Below, in pieces: positions 57,988 through 64,000 of a DNA stretch of 64,000 nt. A program made the position numbers and the translations under genes. Each line of letters starts with the position of its first letter. The stretch's first letter is position 1. The notes under the pieces are model-generated. The model did no database searches and was not told the DNA's origin. It saw only the letters and a list, made by a program, of their open reading frames with translations. Source of the DNA: Trichoplax sp. H2. Taxonomy: Eukaryota. Location: positions 372,001-436,000 of the forward strand of contig NOWV01000017.1 in NCBI GenBank assembly GCA_003344405.1, written 5' to 3'.

Positions 57988-60900
57988 ATGAGAATGCAGC
58001 GTAATCAAATGATAACTGTGCTTGGTGGATTATTATTGCTATCGATTGCCATCATTACGTTGACCATTTTCTGTTTCTCTACAAAGAACAAGTAAGTTTT
58101 GAAGTGATAGTTTTAAAGGTTAAAATTGTATTTAATAGTCCGATATTATGAAATCCAATTAGTTCTATCGATTATTTGATAAATGTACCTGATAGCATGA
58201 ACAACAGGATATATTGAGCATGAATCAATTGATATACTTGCTACATTTATATCTTCGATTTATTTTGGTATTATAATGAGTCAAGTAGCCAATGTGCACT
58301 ATTTTAATCTTTGATAGCTTAGGTGTTGAAATTTAATTTAAAATATTAACATTGATATCACGATGATGTATTAGTTTATCTACTATTCAAAAATTTGGGG
58401 AAAGGCCGCAAAGTATTCACATTCATTAGTTGTAATTATGAATTAAAGATAGCTTTTTGTTGGTAATAATTTGAAATTAATCCACAGTGAAGTTCATGCT
58501 ACAGCTAATTTACTATGATATTAAGGAAGAATCTTTATGATAGACAATTAATAGAATAACCACAGTCCAAAATCAATTTGTCATCAGCTTAGATATTCGT
58601 CATAGTGACTTATTATGTGTTTGTTGCATGGGATTAACTTCGATTATCTTTCGATACAATTAATCAAGTCTGAAACATTTTTAACTTTCAAGATAGTTGA
58701 AACTAAAATTAAATACTTTACAATCTGGATTCCCAGTCACTACAGTTCTTCTATCAATTGTCCTGATCGTATTCATGTATTGCCGATATTTGATTAGTCT
58801 GTCATGGGCCGATGGTTGATGTTGACAATTCATTAAAATTTATATAACGGATAAGTTGAATTATGTGTACAAACAATTTATTTGAATTACTAATTCAGTC
58901 CTAGTTCAAATAATGCTATTCTACGCGCACACTAGAAAGTTAACTCCACATACTTATTTCAGGCTTAAAATAAATCAAAAACCGAAGCAAGATATTTCTA
59001 TCTATGGTGATAGTATCGCTTTTCAGTCTCAAGCGTGTAAAAAACTACAAACTTTCCTCTTTTTTATCGGTTATCCACGCAGTGGTCATTCCCTTATTGG
59101 TAGTATTATAGATGCTCATCCCCATGCTATTGTAGCGCATGAATATGATGTTATTGGTAAATGGCCGCAATTAAAGTCATCTAAGAATGATCAACATCAG
59201 CAATTACTATATCAGTTGTACAACAATTCTAGATATCATGCTGTAAGTGGTAAGCGCGCTCCAACTCTATCAAGTTCAAATATTTATTCCTACCATATCC
59301 CTAATGAATGGCAAGGGAGATATCAAGGAGACATCAAGGTAAGATAGCTTTTTCTTTATTTTTTTATATAATATATTAGCTAGCAGTAGAGCTGAATAAC
59401 GCAAATAGATTATAGAGGATTAAAATACTATTTTTTGCATAACTTTTCCACTGAAACTTTCTTTACTTTAATCCGATCGTTATGAGATAACCGCCAAGTA
59501 TACGATCTGATCGCTCCATTAGCATACTAATCAATCAGATTCAAATTTGAACACAAATTTAATAATAGAATTATTAGGCATTTGTGTTTTATTACGTAAG
59601 TTCAATAGTTTAATTAATTATCGTAGTTGAAGGATCATCGAATGCCGTTTATTAAAGTAGACTTAATCCAATCTAACTGTTCGATGACTAAGAGAAATAA
59701 AACTATATCCTTTGTTACTTCCATCTAAAATAGTATCACTTTGTTTTTATGGCTTCTAAAACGATGCGATCATTTCAAAAAGTTGATAGCTAGTAGTTAA
59801 GTACCCTTGAAATTGAATTGATGGCGATAACAGTCAACTGGATATTATATGTCTACTTAAAACAAAAGAAAATGACAATTAATGTAGTCACCGTGGATTG
59901 CCGTCGGCAATGTCAATGCTAGTTGACTAAATTGAATTGTCTTTGGTCAATCTACGGGGCGATTAGCTTAGCCAACTTTGTAATTAATAAAACAATAAAA
60001 TCGCCTTGGTTGTCCTATTGTATTTTGACAATTTCAATACATCAATAGAGATGAGGGGGGGAAAATTTCGAGACATTAAACTTGTTGTTGGCGTGAGATT
60101 AACAGATTGTGACATTATGGCTGCGCCATTCCAAAAGATATAGTGGTAGTTTCATAGCGATAGTAAAGTAATGAAATAGACTAAACATTTTTCTTTTCTC
60201 TTCTGTATTTATCCTAGGTAATTGGTGATAAGCAAGGTGGTAAAACTACTCGGCATTTTCGTCTCGATGAACAAAAATCGACAGCTGTTGTTGATTATCT
60301 CAAGTTAAAACTCCGTATTGATGTTAAATTTATCCACGTTGTACGCAATCCTTACGATGTTATCTCTACCGCTTATATCAGGCGCTATGGTAAAAGGCAG
60401 ACGGATCCGACTAAACAACAGGTTAAAGATGCAACAGTAAAATAATGTCGACAATATCATATGTAGTAATACGGAGTGAAAGAATTTCATCCTATAATTA
60501 AACTGAGTTGAAGACCTTTTAATTTATGATTGTATGTAATTCTGAGTTTCATTTTAAGAAATGTGATATCATGGTTGTATCAGTTATTTAGAATTTTACG
60601 AAGAAATCTATCGTTTATTGCAATAGTTATGAAGATAATATCAATATTGCAGTATTATTTTATTTGAGATGGAAAATTTTAAGTATATATACAATATAGT
60701 GTTTTAATTACCTTTAAAAGAAAGAATGCCTAGCATGATATTGCTCTATCTTGTCGCTGTAACTTTGATTAATATTGTATAGTAATATTGTGTTATTTCC
60801 ACTTGCAATAGGAATATATTTCCAATGTTGATATGAAGAAACTACGTCGGATAATTAATCATTTCTTTGCCGATGCTAAAATAAATTGGCATCTTAAAGA

Positions 60901-61153
60901 CCGCCTTAATGATACTGTCTTGGATATTTATACCTCTGATGTTATTGCTAATCCTAAGAAACAAGTTATGAAAATATGCCTATTCTTGCAATTAGAATGT
61001 TCTCAACAGTATATAAGTCATACTACCGGCATTATCCATGCATTTCAATCTAAAACAAGGAATTATATTTATTGGCCTCCTAATCTAATCAAGATGGTAG
61101 CCAAACGATTGATACAATATCCGTTTTTGTCACAATTTACTTTTAAAAATTGA
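57988..61153 (+). CDS. Type II membrane PAPS-dependent sulfotransferase-like protein, ~341 aa, 4 exons
   Basis: Exons 57988-58091, 58963-59338, 60218-60421, 60812-61153 (1026 nt). N-terminal anchor VLGGLLLLSIAIITLTIFCF; 5'-PSB-like FIGYPRSGHSLIGSIIDAHP; VIGDK; 3'-PB-like FIHVVRNPYDVIST; DVIANPKKQVMKICLFL. Confidence 0.85.
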
Positions 61154-62423
61154 CCTTTAACAAGGATGTATATTAATTATATATTGCCCTAAATGAAGAC
61201 CCGGTACGAAATGATAGAAATCTATTCCTTTTCCTGAATAGAGAGGTTATACATTTATCGAATTCAAATGTTAATATATGAACCTTCAAATACTGTATAT
61301 ACCTATATATACTCGTAAGTTAAAGAAATGGATATAGTAATAGAGTCTTTATAAGCTGATAGTCATGCAAAAAATAAAGTAACAACATAACACATTTAAA
61401 TATTACTTACGCTGAATATTAATTGATGGTAATCTTCATAAATATTAGCTTTTCAGTCGATTAAATGAATTTATGATAGCAGTGGTTGTCATTTAGCAAT
61501 ATTTGCTGCCGTATACATTTACGAAACGATAGTCAATTGGATCTAAGCCATATATACAGTACCTACATATAAAGTATACCGTCTATAAATATACACAAGT
61601 ATCTGACTGTCTGTCTACATATTCGCTTGTCTAACTTATCTGCATATTCATGATCTATACGTATATATCCATAAATCTAATATTTGTAATTTATATCTAA
61701 ATTATCATGATTAACAACTTGTTAATTTTCTTATCAATCATTACGACTAGACGATCTACGTCCATCTTTCCATTATAAAACATCAATGTTATCAACATTA
61801 GATATTGAATTCTACAATCTAATTTGATTCCGCCGATCGCGATCATCACAATAAATTTTGCGAATATAACAATATGACATGCTTTCTGTATAGATGATTT
61901 ATTAGCACAGTATCCTGTACTTTCAAAAATATTTTATGGTTAGATTATCCTTACTCGTTAAGTATGCTTGCTAACGTCGGCATAACCCTACTTGCCTACA
62001 GTCCATGGGAATATGCATATGCCTATACAATTGAAAGTAACCAATTGTATAAACACTTAACAATATTTACAGTTAATATATCTCCAAGATAAAATGATTA
62101 TAATCAACGCTATTATTATTAATATAGTTGTAGATCTACATTATTAAGGCTACACATTAGTATAGCATAACGCTATATAGAAAAAAGTCTGCATGATTAT
62201 AATATTATCATTTGCCATAGATCTTTTGAAATAAAACACTCGATACATCGAGTGACTGGAGACCCTACTTACTCTAATGTAGTGAAAAGTAGAAATCCTT
62301 GGTGCAGTTGATACAAGTTTGTCCGTCGTAAAAGGACGGACGATGGACAAAGAGGGAAAAAGGAACGGAAGGGACGAGCGATGGACAAAATTTATGGGGA
62401 AGTCTGGGCTCGGCCTGTGCTAC

Positions 62424-62496
62424 AATACCACTATACAGTGTACAGTACTACAGTACAGTACAGTACAGTACAGCATTGTACTGTCACCTGTACCAT
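62424..62496. repeat. ACAGT array upstream of CCDC12
   Basis: tacagtgtacagtactacagtacagtacagtacagtacagc, ending about 60 nt before the ATG at 62536. Confidence 0.85.
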
Positions 62497-62535
62497 AGTT
62501 TCATGCCTCTATGAGATTCAGGAAGGAACGGTAAC

Positions 62536-63781
62536 ATGGCGACTGAAGGAATTAGCTCATTGGAACTTGCTGCATTAGAAAGGAAAGGAAGATTAAAAGC
62601 TTTAGCAAAAGAAAAAGGCGATAGTCATAGCAATAGTAAGGTAAAAATTGTAAGCGATAGCTTTGATTACAAATTGCATGACATTGGATAGAATAAAATG
62701 ATGTAGGACCAGTTCTTACAATGGAATACGACTGTGCTCCATTCGTGGCTATAATAAAATACAACAAGCTTACTTCTCGCCAGTGGAAAATTTCATCTTT
62801 ATTATTCGTAGGAGCTTAGTTGATCTGGTTATTTAACTTTAAAAGAGATAAAAATTAAGTTTTAAAACAAGCACTAGTAAGATAGTCCGGTTAGAATAAC
62901 CTACAGTATGTTGTAGTCACCACTGGAAAGGAAATCCATAACAACGTCGATGTTCAATCGCGTTGTCATGTGCTGTGATGAAACTTATTTTTTGTATATG
63001 TCATACTTGTTATAGCTGTTGATATATTTGTAATGTAGAATCACTGAGTCATCATTCATGATATGTTGATATTAATATTAATCAGGATCGCGGTGAAAAA
63101 AGGCAGCTAGAAAACACAAGTTCCAAGTAAGACTATCTGATTGAATAAATGAAATTAATCATCAATGACATTTCAAAAGAGTTGTATGCTGTCGATTGAG
63201 ATAACTAACGTGAAATGTCCAATTTGGGCTATACATCTTGTTGTAACACATTTCTACCGTTCATTATTAGTATGCCGAGAGTCAAGTTTAGGAATTATCT
63301 ACCCCAAGATGACAGTTTAAAGGATCAAAAAATGGAAAAGCCGTCAGCACCAACAGGTATTTTGAAAGATAATTTCTTAGTAGCCAATGCTCGTCAATGA
63401 AACGATATTGTACAGTAGATGTAGGCATTGCATCATTGTCTTGTAGAGTGATAATAAACCGATACTGTTATCGGAATTAAACACTGCTGAACGTTTAGAA
63501 AGTACACTTATACATGGACGTGATTTCTATCTTATAAATGTTTGTCTAATGTAATCTTATTCAATATCATAGCTCAGGAAGACGTTGAAGAGATTCTAAG
63601 TTCGACTAACGCGAACACTAAATATGAAGGAGTGGTAATGATAACAATCCCACTTTTCATATGAGACCCAATTTATATGGTTATAGGTATCCTCGAATCC
63701 TTATGCAATGATTTTTTATTCGCTTTTCATTCGATTTCTACCATAGGATTTGGTTAATCTAGCTCCGAGAAAGCCTGACTG
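62536..63781 (+). CDS. CCDC12: Coiled-coil domain-containing 12 (Cwf18 splicing factor), 5' part; continues beyond the window
   Basis: Exons 62536-62640, 63086-63126, 63271-63356, 63573-63634, 63747-63781. LELAALERKGRLKAL, VKFRNYLPQDDSLK, DLVNLAPRKPDW. Confidence 0.9.
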
Positions 63782-64000
63782 GTTAGATTCAATGACCGTA
63801 TCTTCATTTTGTCATACTATATTACAAATGGATACTGCAATCATTTAATATGATAGGGAAACAGCTAAAAATTTATCAAAATATCTACTAGATTTAATTT
63901 ATTATAGCACTTTCCAGTCGCTTACAATTACTATCCTTCTGTTCTTTGCAATACTAATACCAAGGATTTATTTAAAAGAAAATTTATAATTTTCATTTCA

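Noticed and set aside
62310..62352. Hairpin with a CCTTTTAC loop resembling U5 snRNA loop I
   Set aside because: It lacks the invariant G of GCCUUUUAC, and I saw no U5 internal loops or properly placed Sm site.
62976..63047. GTGATGA...CTGA pair in CCDC12 intron 1 as a box C/D snoRNA
   Set aside because: No convincing terminal stem, no recognised rRNA-complementary guide, and only 38 nt from the acceptor.

Overview
AT-rich eukaryotic (animal) genomic DNA with compact, intron-rich genes (GT-AG introns, many 50-150 nt). Gene density and ACAGT pentamer arrays at 5' ends suggest a placozoan such as Trichoplax (inference). Reading splice sites by hand gives 11 complete, phase-consistent gene models and one truncated gene. 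In order: WDSUB1 (+), RPE (-), TK2/dNK-family kinase (-), annexin (+), a 2724-aa polycystin-1-like receptor/channel (-), a stand-alone 132-aa MSP-domain protein (+), doublecortin-like kinase (+), SOD2 (-), WDR5 (+), PHYHD1 (+), a type II membrane sulfotransferase-like protein (+), and the 5' part of CCDC12 (+). A further gene may start at the left edge. No rRNA, tRNA, CRISPR array or intact transposon was recognised. The least ordinary stretch is 33.6-39.6 kb, where an apparently decayed LRR-GPCR relic surrounds the anchorless MSP gene and is split by a ~175-bp satellite. Other highlights: a possible mitochondrial presequence on RPE, a D-box plus nearby E2F/CHR elements for the dNK, and a CaMK-like regulatory helix in DCLK. 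All homology calls are from recognised motifs; no database search was run.
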